A stretch of 64,000 nt of DNA from Candidatus Bathyarchaeia archaeon (GTDB taxonomy: Archaea > Thermoproteota > Bathyarchaeia > Bathyarchaeales > Bathycorpusculaceae). The number at the start of each line of letters is the position of its first letter. The stretch's first letter is position 1. The position numbers were made by a program, and so were the translations under genes. A model generated the notes under the pieces. That model saw only the letters and a program-made list of their open reading frames with translations. It was not told where the DNA came from and ran no database searches. This document shows, piece by piece, positions 10,522 to 20,146 of this stretch. The stretch covers positions 1-64,000 of the forward strand of contig JBEKGO010000002.1 in the NCBI GenBank assembly GCA_050012755.1, written 5' to 3'.

Positions 10522-11784
10522 CTAGCTACGCTGGATTTTCTCAATTTTTCTCTTCTTTGCAGCGATAACCGCAGATAAAACTATGATCATAGAGACAGCT
10601 AACGCAATTCCAAGCATTTGACCAAAAAACTCTGGAACTATGGGAGATTGTGAAGGAGACAACGTAGATGAAGCACCCAAAGCGTAAACGTTGCCGTCTT
10701 GCGAGCCCACGTAGACCACTCCGTTAACGACCGCAGGAGATGAATAAACCCAGTTGCTGGTGGTGTAGCTCCAGAGTTTAGCACCGCTAGAAGCTTTCAA
10801 AGCATAAACCTTACCGTCGCCTGAGCCAACATAAACTACCCCGCCGACAACAGCAGGAGAAGACCGAACCCCGCCGCCAGAAGTGCCAGTTGTGTAGCTC
10901 CAGAGTTTAGCACCGCTAGAAGCTTTCAAAGCATAAACCTTACCGTCGCCTGAGCCAACATAAACTACCCCGCCGACAACAGCAGGAGAAGAATAAACCA
11001 CGCTGCCAGCGGTGTAGTTCCAAAGTTTGTCGCCGTTAATAGTGCTCAAAGCATAAACGTTGCCATCTTTGGAGACAACGTAGACTACGCCATTAACAAC
11101 AGCAGGAGACGAATTAATAACATCCATGCCTGTGGTGTAATTCCAAAGTTTAGCACCACTGGAGGCGTCCAAAGCATAAACGTTTCCGTCCCATGAGCCA
11201 ATATAGACTACGCCATTAACCACAGCAGGAGACGAATAAACCGACCAGCCTGTAGTGTAATTCCAGAGTTCAGAGCCACTGGACGCATCCAACGCGTAAA
11301 CGTTGCCATCATTTGAACCTGCATAGACTACGCCGTTGACAACAGTGGGAGATGACTGAACCTCGTCGCCAGTTGGGTAGCTCCAGAGTTGGATACCACT
11401 AGTGGCGTTCAAGGCATAAACGTTGCCGTCGTCGCTTCCAATGAAGACTACGCCGTTGGCAACAGTGGGAGATGACTCAACTTCGTTACCGGTTAGGTAA
11501 CTCCAGAGCTTTGCACCACTATAAGCGTCCAAAGCATAAATCTTGCCGTCTTCAGAGCCGACGTAGACTACACCATTAACCACGGCAGGAGACGAATCAA
11601 CCCCATAGCCAGTAGTGTATTTCCAGAGCAGATTACTGGTAAGCGCTGGATTACCTGTTCCTGCACCACTGTGGGATGTATCGGTTCGGAACATTATCCA
11701 GTCAGCATTTGCAAATGGAATTGAAACTAAGCTGACAAGGAAAATCGCGCAAACGACTACCGCAACAACACGAAATTTGCCCAT
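10522..11784 (-). CDS. Secreted PQQ-like (BamB-type) 8-bladed beta-propeller with VPEF C-terminal sorting signal
   Basis: Signal peptide; eight W-x-YTT...SSPAVVNGVVYVGS-DG-VYAL repeats; VPEF + TM + KKRK tail. Confidence 0.9.
   Translation of the reverse strand: MGKFRVVAVVVCAIFLVSLVSIPFANADWIMFRTDTSHSGAGTGNPALTSNLLWKYTTGYGVDSSPAVVNGVVYVGSEDGKIYALDAYSGAKLWSYLTGNEVESSPTVANGVVFIGSDDGNVYALNATSGIQLWSYPTGDEVQSSPTVVNGVVYAGSNDGNVYALDASSGSELWNYTTGWSVYSSPAVVNGVVYIGSWDGNVYALDASSGAKLWNYTTGMDVINSSPAVVNGVVYVVSKDGNVYALSTINGDKLWNYTAGSVVYSSPAVVGGVVYVGSGDGKVYALKASSGAKLWSYTTGTSGGGVRSSPAVVGGVVYVGSGDGKVYALKASSGAKLWSYTTSNWVYSSPAVVNGVVYVGSQDGNVYALGASSTLSPSQSPIVPEFFGQMLGIALAVSMIIVLSAVIAAKKRKIEKIQRS
10763..10992. repeat. 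Identical 101-bp direct repeat within the propeller gene (10763..10863 and 10892..10992)
   Basis: Nucleotide-identical copies encoding most of blades 6 and 7. Confidence 0.9.
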
Positions 11785-12082
11785 GCTGAAAAACACCAAT
11801 TATTATCGTGTAATGTCAAATAGTTATTAAGTATTTTGATATCAGGTGCTGTCATGCATTTAGTAAATGATTCTATTTTAGTCTTTAAGAAGATTGCAGA
11901 GTTTTATGCCGTCTGAGTAACTCTGAACTTTCATCCAAATAAATGTCAAGCTAATGCCTTCTCATCATCCGGCAAAAAACTATTTAGTGTAAGCGGGATA
12001 AAAGCATATACATAAATCAGAATCGATTACAAGGAACACTTTTATTTTCCCACACAATTCTAACTATGTTAGGTGTAGAATT

Positions 12083-12655
12083 ATGGATTTTGAAGGTAGC
12101 CAAACAGAAAAGAACCTGCTTGCAGCATTTGCAGGAGAATCTCAAGCACGAAACCGGTACACATTCTTTGCAAGTGTCGCTAGAAAAGAAGGATATGAGC
12201 AAATTGGCGCAATTTTCGATGAAACATTGGGCAACGAGAAAGAGCATGCTGAGCTTTTCTTTAAGCATCTTAAAGGCGGGATGGCTGAAATCACGGCGTC
12301 TTATCCAGCTGGTATAATCGGTTCAACAGTTGATAATCTTAAGGCGGCAGCTGCAGGCGAAAAAACGGAGTGGGGCACACTTTACCCAAACTTTGCGGAT
12401 ACAGCTCAACAGGAAGGTTTTCCTGAAGTCGCCGCAACTTTTCGAATGATTGCAAAAGTAGAAGCTTATCATGAAAGAAGATACAACAAATTAGTTGAAA
12501 GCGTGGAGCAGGGAAAAGTCTTCAAGAAAGAGCAGCCTATCAAATGGAAGTGCAGAAACTGTGGCTTCGTTTTCGAAGGCTCAGAAGTTCCGGACAAATG
12601 TCCAGTATGTGCTCATCCAAAAGCGTATTTTGAAGTTTGGGTAGAAAACTACTAA
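12083..12655 (+). CDS. rbr: Rubrerythrin
   Basis: AFAGESQARNRY, NEKEHA, EAYHE, WKCRNCG...CPVCAHP. Confidence 0.95.
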   Translation: MDFEGSQTEKNLLAAFAGESQARNRYTFFASVARKEGYEQIGAIFDETLGNEKEHAELFFKHLKGGMAEITASYPAGIIGSTVDNLKAAAAGEKTEWGTLYPNFADTAQQEGFPEVAATFRMIAKVEAYHERRYNKLVESVEQGKVFKKEQPIKWKCRNCGFVFEGSEVPDKCPVCAHPKAYFEVWVENY

Positions 12656-12689
12656 CATCCCAATTTTTTTATTTTCTACAGACCAGAAT

Positions 12690-13532
12690 CTATTTGAGTT
12701 TAGGTTTTGTAGCGATATTTTGAATTCTTTTTGCAACGAAAACAATTGCAAGAATCGCCAAGCCTGAAAGGACAATTGTTCCACCAGGTGCTGCATCTAT
12801 GATGACTGATATTAGTATGCCGATTATTACAGTGATGAGACTAATTATGGGTGATAGCATAACGGTTTGTTTGAAGGATTGTGTAATTTGAGTACTTATA
12901 AGTGCAGGCAGAACTAGAAGTGATGAAATTAACAGTACACCGACAATGGGTATGGCTACAATTACGACTATGCCTGCAAGAATGCTTAGGAGGTAATCGA
13001 ACACCCATGTTCTGATTCCTGCTGCACGAGCTTGAGTTTCGTCAAAGGTTATGTAAGTAAACTCTTTGAAGAATAGAAAAACTATGGTAAGAGTAATTGC
13101 CGCAATAACTGCTGCAGTAATGATTTGGTCCATGTTCACTATTAGGATACTGCCGAAAAGAAGGCTTTCAAGATTTACTCCGAAACCTCTGGCAACACTC
13201 AAAAGTGTTATTCCGCCTGCAAGGCCAAGCTGCAGGAAAACAGCGACCGCAGCGTCACCTGAAATTTTAGTTGAACGTAGCGCCTTGTTAATCCCTATGG
13301 ACCCTAACACTACAGTGATTCCCGCTATCCATAATGGGAAAATGCTAACATAGTATCCAAGGGCTAACCCTCCAAAAGCCGTATGTGATAGCCCGTCACC
13401 TATTAACGAAATCTTCTTTAAGACTATAAAAACGCTCAGGATAGAACTGAGAATTGCGATGATGATAGCTATGATGAAGGCACGCTGAATGAAAGGTGCA
13501 CCAAGTAAAGACAAAACATCAAGGATGACCAT
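12690..13532 (-). CDS. Zn/Mn-type ABC transporter permease (ZnuB-like)
   Basis: GDGLSHTAFGG, LFGSIL, VGVLLISSLLVLPA. Confidence 0.9.
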   Translation of the reverse strand: MVILDVLSLLGAPFIQRAFIIAIIIAILSSILSVFIVLKKISLIGDGLSHTAFGGLALGYYVSIFPLWIAGITVVLGSIGINKALRSTKISGDAAVAVFLQLGLAGGITLLSVARGFGVNLESLLFGSILIVNMDQIITAAVIAAITLTIVFLFFKEFTYITFDETQARAAGIRTWVFDYLLSILAGIVVIVAIPIVGVLLISSLLVLPALISTQITQSFKQTVMLSPIISLITVIIGILISVIIDAAPGGTIVLSGLAILAIVFVAKRIQNIATKPKLK

Positions 13533-14277
13533 GATGATCCATAATCTCCACTGGATGATCATACAATTTATGAAGTTCAACATCAGCGTCAAAGGACGCG
13601 TTTTCGCCGCAATAGAACTGTGATTTGTTAATACAGAGCACCCTGTTGGCTATCTTTGTTATTACACTGATATCGTGGGAGGACAAAATTACTGTTATTC
13701 CATGTTCTTTGTTTAAGCGTTCAAGAATGTTATAAAACTCTTTTTTGGAAGTGCTATCCACGCCGCTTGTTGGTTCGTCTAGCAAGATCAGTTTCGGTTC
13801 AGCAACCATTGCCTTAGCCAAAAAAACACGCTGGGATTGCCCGCCGGATAGTTGACCTATTTTTCTATCTTTGAGTTCGTATATTCCGAACATTTTTAGA
13901 GTTTCGTTTACTTTGTTCCTGTCTTCAGAATGCATTCCATGAAGTAGTCCAGCGATAGGAGTCCTTCCAAGCAGGACTGTCTCGTAGACGCTGAAGGGTA
14001 GATTTGGGTCTCGAGCTTGTGCAGTTTGCGGGACATAGCCCACGTATTTGAGGTTTTTACTCAAGTCTTGGCAGCCAAAGAGTTTTACTGTACCGCTTGT
14101 TGGTTTTATTAGTCCGAGAATGACTTTTAGTAATGTTGATTTTCCTGCGCCGTTGGGTCCGATGAGGGCTATGAGATCATTTTGATTTATCTCTATATTT
14201 ATGCCGTCAAGAGCAACTACGCCGTTTGCGTATTTGACACTTACATTTTGTATTTCAACGATTGGTTTAGCTTCCAA
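13519..14277 (-). CDS. Zn/Mn-type ABC transporter ATPase (ZnuC-like)
   Basis: GPNGAGKST, LSGGQSQR, LLDEPT, SSHD. Confidence 0.92.
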   Translation of the reverse strand: MEAKPIVEIQNVSVKYANGVVALDGINIEINQNDLIALIGPNGAGKSTLLKVILGLIKPTSGTVKLFGCQDLSKNLKYVGYVPQTAQARDPNLPFSVYETVLLGRTPIAGLLHGMHSEDRNKVNETLKMFGIYELKDRKIGQLSGGQSQRVFLAKAMVAEPKLILLDEPTSGVDSTSKKEFYNILERLNKEHGITVILSSHDISVITKIANRVLCINKSQFYCGENASFDADVELHKLYDHPVEIMDHHGHP

Positions 14278-15208
14278 CTGTACTCAACGCCAAGTGAATA
14301 TTTGCTATGTCCTGCTTCATTAAGCTAATGTAGTTGTCGCCTGCAGCTTTTTGGTCAGCTGTCAAGCCTTCTATAGGGTTCATATTTATCAAAGTGGCAT
14401 TTGTCTGGCTACCGATTGACTGGGATATTGCTGGGTTTTCAAGTGACTCATATCCAACGTATTTGAGGTGATTTTGGTTGATTGCGGTGATTACATTTTG
14501 GATATCGCTCGGTGTGGGTTCTTCCTCAAATGGCCCAGAAATTGAGAGTTGAGTAACATTGTATTGTTTTGCAAAATATGCGAATGCTTCGTGGAAAGTA
14601 ATAAAGACTTTAGTAGGTGTGTTTGTGGTGGCATTAATTGCTAATGAATTCAAATTGTCGAGTTGGGCATCATAAGCGATTGCATTTTGTGTGAAATATT
14701 GGCTATCGGCAGGGTCGGCTTTGATTAACCCTTGAAGAATATTGTTCACTTGTTGTTTTGCGTTCAGGGGGTCAAGCCAGATATGAGGGTCAATTGTTTG
14801 ATTGTTTTTTTGGAATTCGGCTGGCACTGGGAGTAATGTGATGTTTTGGCTTGAATCAACTTGAACCAGATTTGGGTTTCCCGCGGCACTGACTATGTTT
14901 TGGAGCCATGGCTCTAGACCTGCGCCATTGTAAACTAGTACATTTGCGCTTGATACTGCCTCTATTGACGATGGTGTTGGTTCAAATTCGTGTACATCAA
15001 CGGTTTCTGGTACAAGTAATGAGACACTGACTTTATCTCCTCCTACGTTTTGAGCGAAATCATAAAGAGGGTAAAATGTTGCAAGCACCGTTAATTTTGA
15101 ACTTGAGTTAGTTCCTTTATTGTTATTGAGATACACACCTGCTGCGATGGTTGCTACAATAATTACTGCAACCAGAATTCCAACAACAACATAAATGATT
15201 TTTCGCAT
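14267..15208 (-). CDS. Zn/Mn-type ABC transporter substrate-binding protein (ZnuA/AdcA-like)
   Basis: DVHEFEPTP, DPHIWLDP, FHEAFAYF. Confidence 0.92.
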   Translation of the reverse strand: MRKIIYVVVGILVAVIIVATIAAGVYLNNNKGTNSSSKLTVLATFYPLYDFAQNVGGDKVSVSLLVPETVDVHEFEPTPSSIEAVSSANVLVYNGAGLEPWLQNIVSAAGNPNLVQVDSSQNITLLPVPAEFQKNNQTIDPHIWLDPLNAKQQVNNILQGLIKADPADSQYFTQNAIAYDAQLDNLNSLAINATTNTPTKVFITFHEAFAYFAKQYNVTQLSISGPFEEEPTPSDIQNVITAINQNHLKYVGYESLENPAISQSIGSQTNATLINMNPIEGLTADQKAAGDNYISLMKQDIANIHLALSTVGS

Positions 15209-15252
15209 GAATATTCTCCATTTTATTAAATTATCCGCACTATTTATTAAAT

Positions 15253-15282
15253 GTTATTAAATTTAGCGTTTTATTTAATAAC
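15253..15282. promoter_or_regulatory. Candidate NikR-type operator upstream of the ABC operon
   Basis: GTTATTAAAT-N10-ATTTAATAAC perfect inverted repeat (GTTATTA-N16-TAATAAC). Confidence 0.65.
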
Positions 15283-15439
15283 CGAGCCACCCCATATCAC
15301 CTTCCAAATCCCTCTTTGAAAAGCAATCGAAAAAGCAGGGCAAACAAACTCCTAATTTTATGGTGAAGGAAAGGCAATACTTAAGTCAAACAAAATTCAT
15401 AAACAAACAACAATTATGGTAAAATTAAGAGGAATTTGA

Positions 15440-15847
15440 GTGAGCATCATTAGTCTTTCATTGCCGAACGAGTTGCTTGAGCAACTAGACACAATGCTTG
15501 GAGAGAATGGAGGCGCAAACCGGTCAGAGGTAATTCGTCAAGCGGTCCGGATGTACCTTACCCAGTTGAATGAATTAGAAAAAATCAAAGGAAGTGTTAT
15601 TGCCACAATAACTGTTCTTTATGAAAAAGCTGAGCAAAATAAGGAATTGTTCAGGTTGCAACATGAGTTTGATGACATGATAACCGCTTATTTGCATGCT
15701 CATCTTTCAGAAACAGACTGCCTTGAAGTCATGGTTGTAAAAGGACCAGGAAAACGCCTAAAATGTTTAATTGATGGGCTCAAAGGAAACAAACCTGTCA
15801 AACAAATAAAAGTTTCAATAATGTCAAGCAACGAAAAAGAACCTTAG
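15440..15847 (+). CDS. NikR-family metal-responsive regulator
   Basis: RHH N-terminus (ISLSLP...NRSEVIRQAVR); LQHEF...HAHLSETDCLEV metal ligands. Confidence 0.88.
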   Translation: MSIISLSLPNELLEQLDTMLGENGGANRSEVIRQAVRMYLTQLNELEKIKGSVIATITVLYEKAEQNKELFRLQHEFDDMITAYLHAHLSETDCLEVMVVKGPGKRLKCLIDGLKGNKPVKQIKVSIMSSNEKEP

Positions 15848-16126
15848 TTAGCCAGGTTGAAGCGTAATTTCCATCATATAACCTTTGAGATCAGGCACAA
15901 ATTGCTTCAACGAAGCCACAATTAATGCAGGAACTGTTATGCGGCCATCTTTTCGCATTTTAGCCAAAAAACTTTCGCGAACTCCAATCATGTTTACAAG
16001 TTCGATTTCGACGTTTAGAGTCTGAGATATTTCAAGTTTGTATTGCCAGCGAACTATAGTTGGAACTTGAAAACGATTGCCCTTTTGAAGTTGAATTTTG
16101 AAACGAGCAGTTTCAGTTAATGGCAA
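15848..16126 (-). CDS. Tandem AbrB/SpoVT-domain DNA-binding protein (MraZ-like architecture); TTG start at 16126
   Basis: Two swapped-hairpin-like repeats, LQKGNRFQVPTIVRWQYKL and MRKDGRITVPALIV; RBS GGAGG upstream. Confidence 0.7.
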   Translation of the reverse strand: MPLTETARFKIQLQKGNRFQVPTIVRWQYKLEISQTLNVEIELVNMIGVRESFLAKMRKDGRITVPALIVASLKQFVPDLKGYMMEITLQPG

Positions 16127-16138
16127 CAAGACCCTCCA

Positions 16139-16239
16139 GGGACTTTTCAGGACTTTTTGGGACGAATCTAGACGCAACCTGCAAACAATTTAAGCTTTGT
16201 TACAAAAAAGCGACCTAAAACACAAAGAAAAAAATTTGC
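16139..16239 (-). repeat. Dispersed cassette copy 1: 66-bp core (16174..16239) plus about four 10-bp repeats
   Basis: Core GCAACCTGCAAACAATTTAAGCTT...AAAACACAAAGAAAAAAATTTGC; GAC recurs at 16141, 16151, 16161, 16171. Confidence 0.88.
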
Positions 16240-16265
16240 ACCAAAATTTGCAAATCATCAACAGC

Positions 16266-16772
16266 TTACACAATGTATTTTCCTGTTTTCTCAAAATTCT
16301 TAACAATTTTCATAACACGTTTACGCGTATAAAACGGTTCAAGCGGAATATCTTTCAAAAGAACCCAAGGACTTTTGCGAGCCACCACTGTTGCAACGTG
16401 TTGGTCCCCAAAGCATTTTGTAGCAACTTCGACAACTTCCCGTCTGACTCCTGCCTCTGAAAGCTCACCGAGTGCATGCAAGTACTCATGTAGCAGGAGA
16501 TTGTAAGTTAAGGCGTTCACTGTAGGTTTGGAACTGATTGATTGCTCAACAATGTCGACGAGTGACCGGTTTAAGACAATGTTGTTGGTTCCAACCGGGT
16601 AGTAGGCGCCAAGTTGCAGAGGCAAATCATCGAGAAAAAGCATCATTGCAGCTCTTCTTTTGGCTTGAGCAAACTCGACAGTGTCCTTTACGATTTGCCA
16701 GACTTCAGCGTAGTTTTTAGCATTATCTAACCGATTACTGAACTGCTCAGCGGCTTCAGAATCATTGCTCAA
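16266..16772 (-). CDS. Conserved hypothetical protein with HExxH (zincin-like) motif
   Basis: GAYYPVGTNNIVLN...LLHEYLHALG...E. Confidence 0.75.
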   Translation of the reverse strand: MSNDSEAAEQFSNRLDNAKNYAEVWQIVKDTVEFAQAKRRAAMMLFLDDLPLQLGAYYPVGTNNIVLNRSLVDIVEQSISSKPTVNALTYNLLLHEYLHALGELSEAGVRREVVEVATKCFGDQHVATVVARKSPWVLLKDIPLEPFYTRKRVMKIVKNFEKTGKYIV

Positions 16773-16898
16773 AAAGTATCCCGCTCTCTAAAAAGAATAA
16801 AATAAACCTGCCTTTAAGTTTTGCACATGCAGAGGCTAAATAAACAAAAAATTGATAAATGACAAGTGTGTTTTCATAGACGTTAAGGTGAAAATTGA

Positions 16899-17321
16899 AT
16901 GGCAAGCAATGTTCTCGTGAGAGACATAATGTCCAAGGATGTAAAAACAGTTCGCAACGATACAACAGTGAAAGAAGTTATCGCTTTAATGAACAAATTC
17001 GACAAAGATGCAATACTTGTCGAGCAAAGCGGAAAACCAACCGGAATCATTACAGTCAAAGATGTTTTGGTGAGAGCAGTTGAACATGGTGTTCCCCTAA
17101 ACACAATTATAGCAAGAATGGTCTACACAAACCCATTGGTAGTGATAGATGAATCAGCAACCGTTGAAGAAGCAGCTAAACTGATGAAACATTGGCAAAT
17201 AAAGCATTTACCAATCGTTGACAAAAACGGCGCCCTCGTAGGCATGGTAAATGATAGAGACATAGTCTACGCAGTTCCGTCATTAATGTCAACAATGGAA
17301 GAATTCTGTCGCACAAAGTAA
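16899..17321 (+). CDS. CBS-domain pair protein
   Basis: VRDIMSKDV...GIITVKD; EEAAKLM...IKHLPIVD...GMVNDRDI. Confidence 0.9.
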   Translation: MASNVLVRDIMSKDVKTVRNDTTVKEVIALMNKFDKDAILVEQSGKPTGIITVKDVLVRAVEHGVPLNTIIARMVYTNPLVVIDESATVEEAAKLMKHWQIKHLPIVDKNGALVGMVNDRDIVYAVPSLMSTMEEFCRTK

Positions 17322-17401
17322 AAAGCGATAAACTAATTTTTTTATTTATTTCAATATCAAAATCAAACGTGAGTTTTAGAAAAAAGGGTAAAGAAAAATA
17401 C

Positions 17402-17731
17402 CTATGCTTTTTGCTCTTTGGCCCATTCTTCTTTAACAAGCTTTGTAATATTGTCTAAGTTTGGCTGCGCGGTGAGATCGGAGATAACCCAATTCAACTC
17501 GTTCTTAATTAACAAAGCGATTTCTCCTGGTCTTAGAGGTTCTGGCCGGGTAGATTGATAAACTCTCAAAGCACGTAAACAGAACTTTACCATTACATTG
17601 TTGAGTTCATTTCGCAAATCTCCCAGTTCATCTTTACTCTCTTTCATTAATTTGCTGAAACCTTTTGAATCCCAATTTCCTTTTTCTTCCATTTTTCTCT
17701 CAATCCTTACCGTTTCATGTAAATCATGCAT
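17402..17731 (-). CDS. Hypothetical protein downstream of pyrG
   Basis: Charged helical ORF co-oriented with pyrG; exact start uncertain. Confidence 0.6.
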   Translation of the reverse strand: MHDLHETVRIERKMEEKGNWDSKGFSKLMKESKDELGDLRNELNNVMVKFCLRALRVYQSTRPEPLRPGEIALLIKNELNWVISDLTAQPNLDNITKLVKEEWAKEQKA

Positions 17732-17754
17732 TATAGCCTTTTCTAATGATTTCC

Positions 17755-19383
17755 CTAAGGCACAAAAACCTTGGGTTTTCCAAGCTTTTTGTTAAGGCAC
17801 GCTTGTATAAACCCAAAGTATTCAGGCGATGGTCGTCCAGGTCTGCTTTTGAATTCTCCATGAAATTGTGATGCAAAAAAGAAGTAATTCATAGGCAAAT
17901 CTAAAGTTTCCATTCTTCTGCCATCAGAACTTTTGCCAGTGAAGCATAAACCGTTATTCTTGAGGATTTCCGAATAATCCAAGTTAACTTCGAAGCGGTG
18001 ACGGTGGCGCTCATAAATTTCCTCTTGACCCCACAAATGGTAGGCGAGCGAGCCTTTTTGCAAAACAATTTTGTGTGCACCTAAACGCATTGTTGCGCCT
18101 TTGAGTTCTATTCCACGTTGCTCAGGCATAAGGTCTATAACTGGATAGGGTGTTTCAGGGTTAATCTCGGTGCTATTTGCATCTTTTAAGCCGCAGACAT
18201 TTCGGGAGAATTCAATTACAGCCAATTGGAAGCCATAGCAGATACCTAAGAAGGGTAAGTCATTTTCTCGGGCAAATTTGGTGGCGGCGATTTTGCCTTC
18301 TGTTCCTCGCGGGCCAAAGCCGTATGGAACAAAAACTCCGTCGAAATTTGCGAGGTCTTTTATGCATTCAGGTTCATGTTCAAGTTTTTCGGCTTCAAGG
18401 TATGAAATGCAGACTTTGGCGTTGTTTGCAGCGCCGCCATGGCGTAGTGCCTCGGTCATGCTTACGTAACTATCGGTTAACCCAGCGTATTTGCCTACCA
18501 GAGCTATTTTGACTTCATGTTCTGGGTGGACAGCGGCTTCAACATATTGTTGCCAAGAACCGAAGTCTTTGCCATCACATTTGAATTGGAGTCGTTGGCA
18601 GATAAAGTCGCCCATGCCCTGTTTATCCAAGATAAGAGGTACTTGATAAACAGAATCGGCATTGTAAGAGCAGAAGACGGCGCTCTCTGGGATGGTGCCG
18701 AACAGCGCGATTTTTCTAAGGGCTTCAGCATCAATCATTTTGGGGCTTCTAGCCACTATAGTATCAGGTTGAACACCGATACCACGAAGTTCGTTGACGC
18801 TGTGTTGTAGAGGCTTAGTTTTCATTTCACTAGTGACATCTAAAATAGGCACCAAAGCCACATGTACATAAAGCGTATTTTCATAACCTTCTTCTAAACG
18901 CATTTGGCGTATAGCCTCGAGAAATGGTAAACCTTCGATGTCGCCGACCGTTCCGCCGACCTCAGTCAGAACTACGTCGGCACATGTGACTTTTCCGACG
19001 CTTTTAATGCGGTTTTTGATTTCGTTAGTTATATGGGGGACAATTTGGACACAGCGGCCTAAAAAATCTCCTCGCCGTTCTTTTTCAATAACTGCTTTGT
19101 ACACCATACCAGTGGTTAAGTTGTTTTCTTGCTTGAGGCTTAAATCCAAGAAGCGTTCATACCAGCCCAAGTCTAAGTCGGTTTCCCCGCCATCGTCGGT
19201 CACAAAGACTTCACCATGCATATATGGATTCATTGTACCCGCATCAACGTTCACATAAGGATCGATTTTCACAACTGTTGGTTTTATCCCTCGCGCCTGA
19301 AGCATTTTACCGATGGAAGAAGTTAATATGCCCTTTCCGACGGAACTTAACACACCACCCGTAACGAAAATGTACTTAACCAT
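17755..19383 (-). CDS. pyrG: CTP synthase
   Basis: MVKYIFVTGGVLSSVGKG, DPYVNVDAGTMNP, GICYGFQ, ERHRHRFE, QFHGEF. Confidence 0.97.
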   Translation of the reverse strand: MVKYIFVTGGVLSSVGKGILTSSIGKMLQARGIKPTVVKIDPYVNVDAGTMNPYMHGEVFVTDDGGETDLDLGWYERFLDLSLKQENNLTTGMVYKAVIEKERRGDFLGRCVQIVPHITNEIKNRIKSVGKVTCADVVLTEVGGTVGDIEGLPFLEAIRQMRLEEGYENTLYVHVALVPILDVTSEMKTKPLQHSVNELRGIGVQPDTIVARSPKMIDAEALRKIALFGTIPESAVFCSYNADSVYQVPLILDKQGMGDFICQRLQFKCDGKDFGSWQQYVEAAVHPEHEVKIALVGKYAGLTDSYVSMTEALRHGGAANNAKVCISYLEAEKLEHEPECIKDLANFDGVFVPYGFGPRGTEGKIAATKFARENDLPFLGICYGFQLAVIEFSRNVCGLKDANSTEINPETPYPVIDLMPEQRGIELKGATMRLGAHKIVLQKGSLAYHLWGQEEIYERHRHRFEVNLDYSEILKNNGLCFTGKSSDGRRMETLDLPMNYFFFASQFHGEFKSRPGRPSPEYFGFIQACLNKKLGKPKVFVP

Positions 19384-19696
19384 GGATCTCCCTGCAATTA
19401 ACCTACACCTTTCAAACTGTGTTAATATAACTCTTTTGTGTGCATAGCTGTAAAAATGTGCAATTATAAAGGAACTTTTTGAACAAAAGAAAGATGTGTT
19501 GCCGCAAGGGTATTCTGCATCAAAATATCGATGACGACTCTTACGCCAATTTTTGTGCAATAAACCAATCTAATTTCATCAGTAATTGCTTTTAGACTGA
19601 TATGGCTGATAAAATCTCGGTACTTGAATTTTGTATTGGGTGCCTTGGAGAAAAATTTTAATTCATTGTTTACTTAGTTATGTGTGGAGACAAAAA

Positions 19697-19930
19697 ATGC
19701 CCAGAGCATTTGTATTAATAAACGTTGAATCAGGAGCAGAACAAGAAGTTGTTAACGAACTGAAAAAAATTGAAGGCGTTGAAGAAGCCTACTTTTCATA
19801 TGGTGTTTACGACATAATCACAAAGATAAAAGCTGACTCAATGGAAAGACTCAAGGACTTGGTAACTCGAAAGGTTAGAACTATAAGCAGGGTTCGATCA
19901 ACCTTGACATTGATAATGATGGAAGAATAA
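19697..19930 (+). CDS. Stand-alone Lrp/AsnC ligand-binding (RAM) domain protein
   Basis: MPRAFVLINVESG...GVEEAY..YGVYDII...RSTLTLI. Confidence 0.9.
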   Translation: MPRAFVLINVESGAEQEVVNELKKIEGVEEAYFSYGVYDIITKIKADSMERLKDLVTRKVRTISRVRSTLTLIMMEE

Positions 19931-19960
19931 AACGATAGATCTCTATCGTTCCCTATTTTT
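19931..19960 (+). terminator. Hairpin plus T-tract directly after the stop codon
   Basis: AACGATAGA-TC-TCTATCGTT followed by CCCTATTTTT. Confidence 0.4.
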
Positions 19961-20146
19961 GTTTCATGAATACAGGTGTATCCTAGGTTTACCGGTGGCA
20001 CTTGTCTTAATTGTTATTGCGATTGTGTTTGTGGCTTTGTACTAGAGTAGCGGAAAAAAGAAATTGGCGACAAAAAGCTGATTCAATGTTTTGTATATGC
20101 TTAATAGTTTAAGTGTCAAGGATTAATCAAGGCTTGAAAAGTTACA

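Noticed and set aside
10522-11784. Diversity-generating retroelement in the propeller repeats
   Set aside because: No reverse transcriptase and no non-coding template repeat with adenine-specific differences
16174-16239. Cassette core as a plain terminator
   Set aside because: Two copies (37.7 and 50.3 kb) do not follow a co-oriented gene, and fixed-length sequence conservation with attached arrays exceeds what an oligo-T terminator needs
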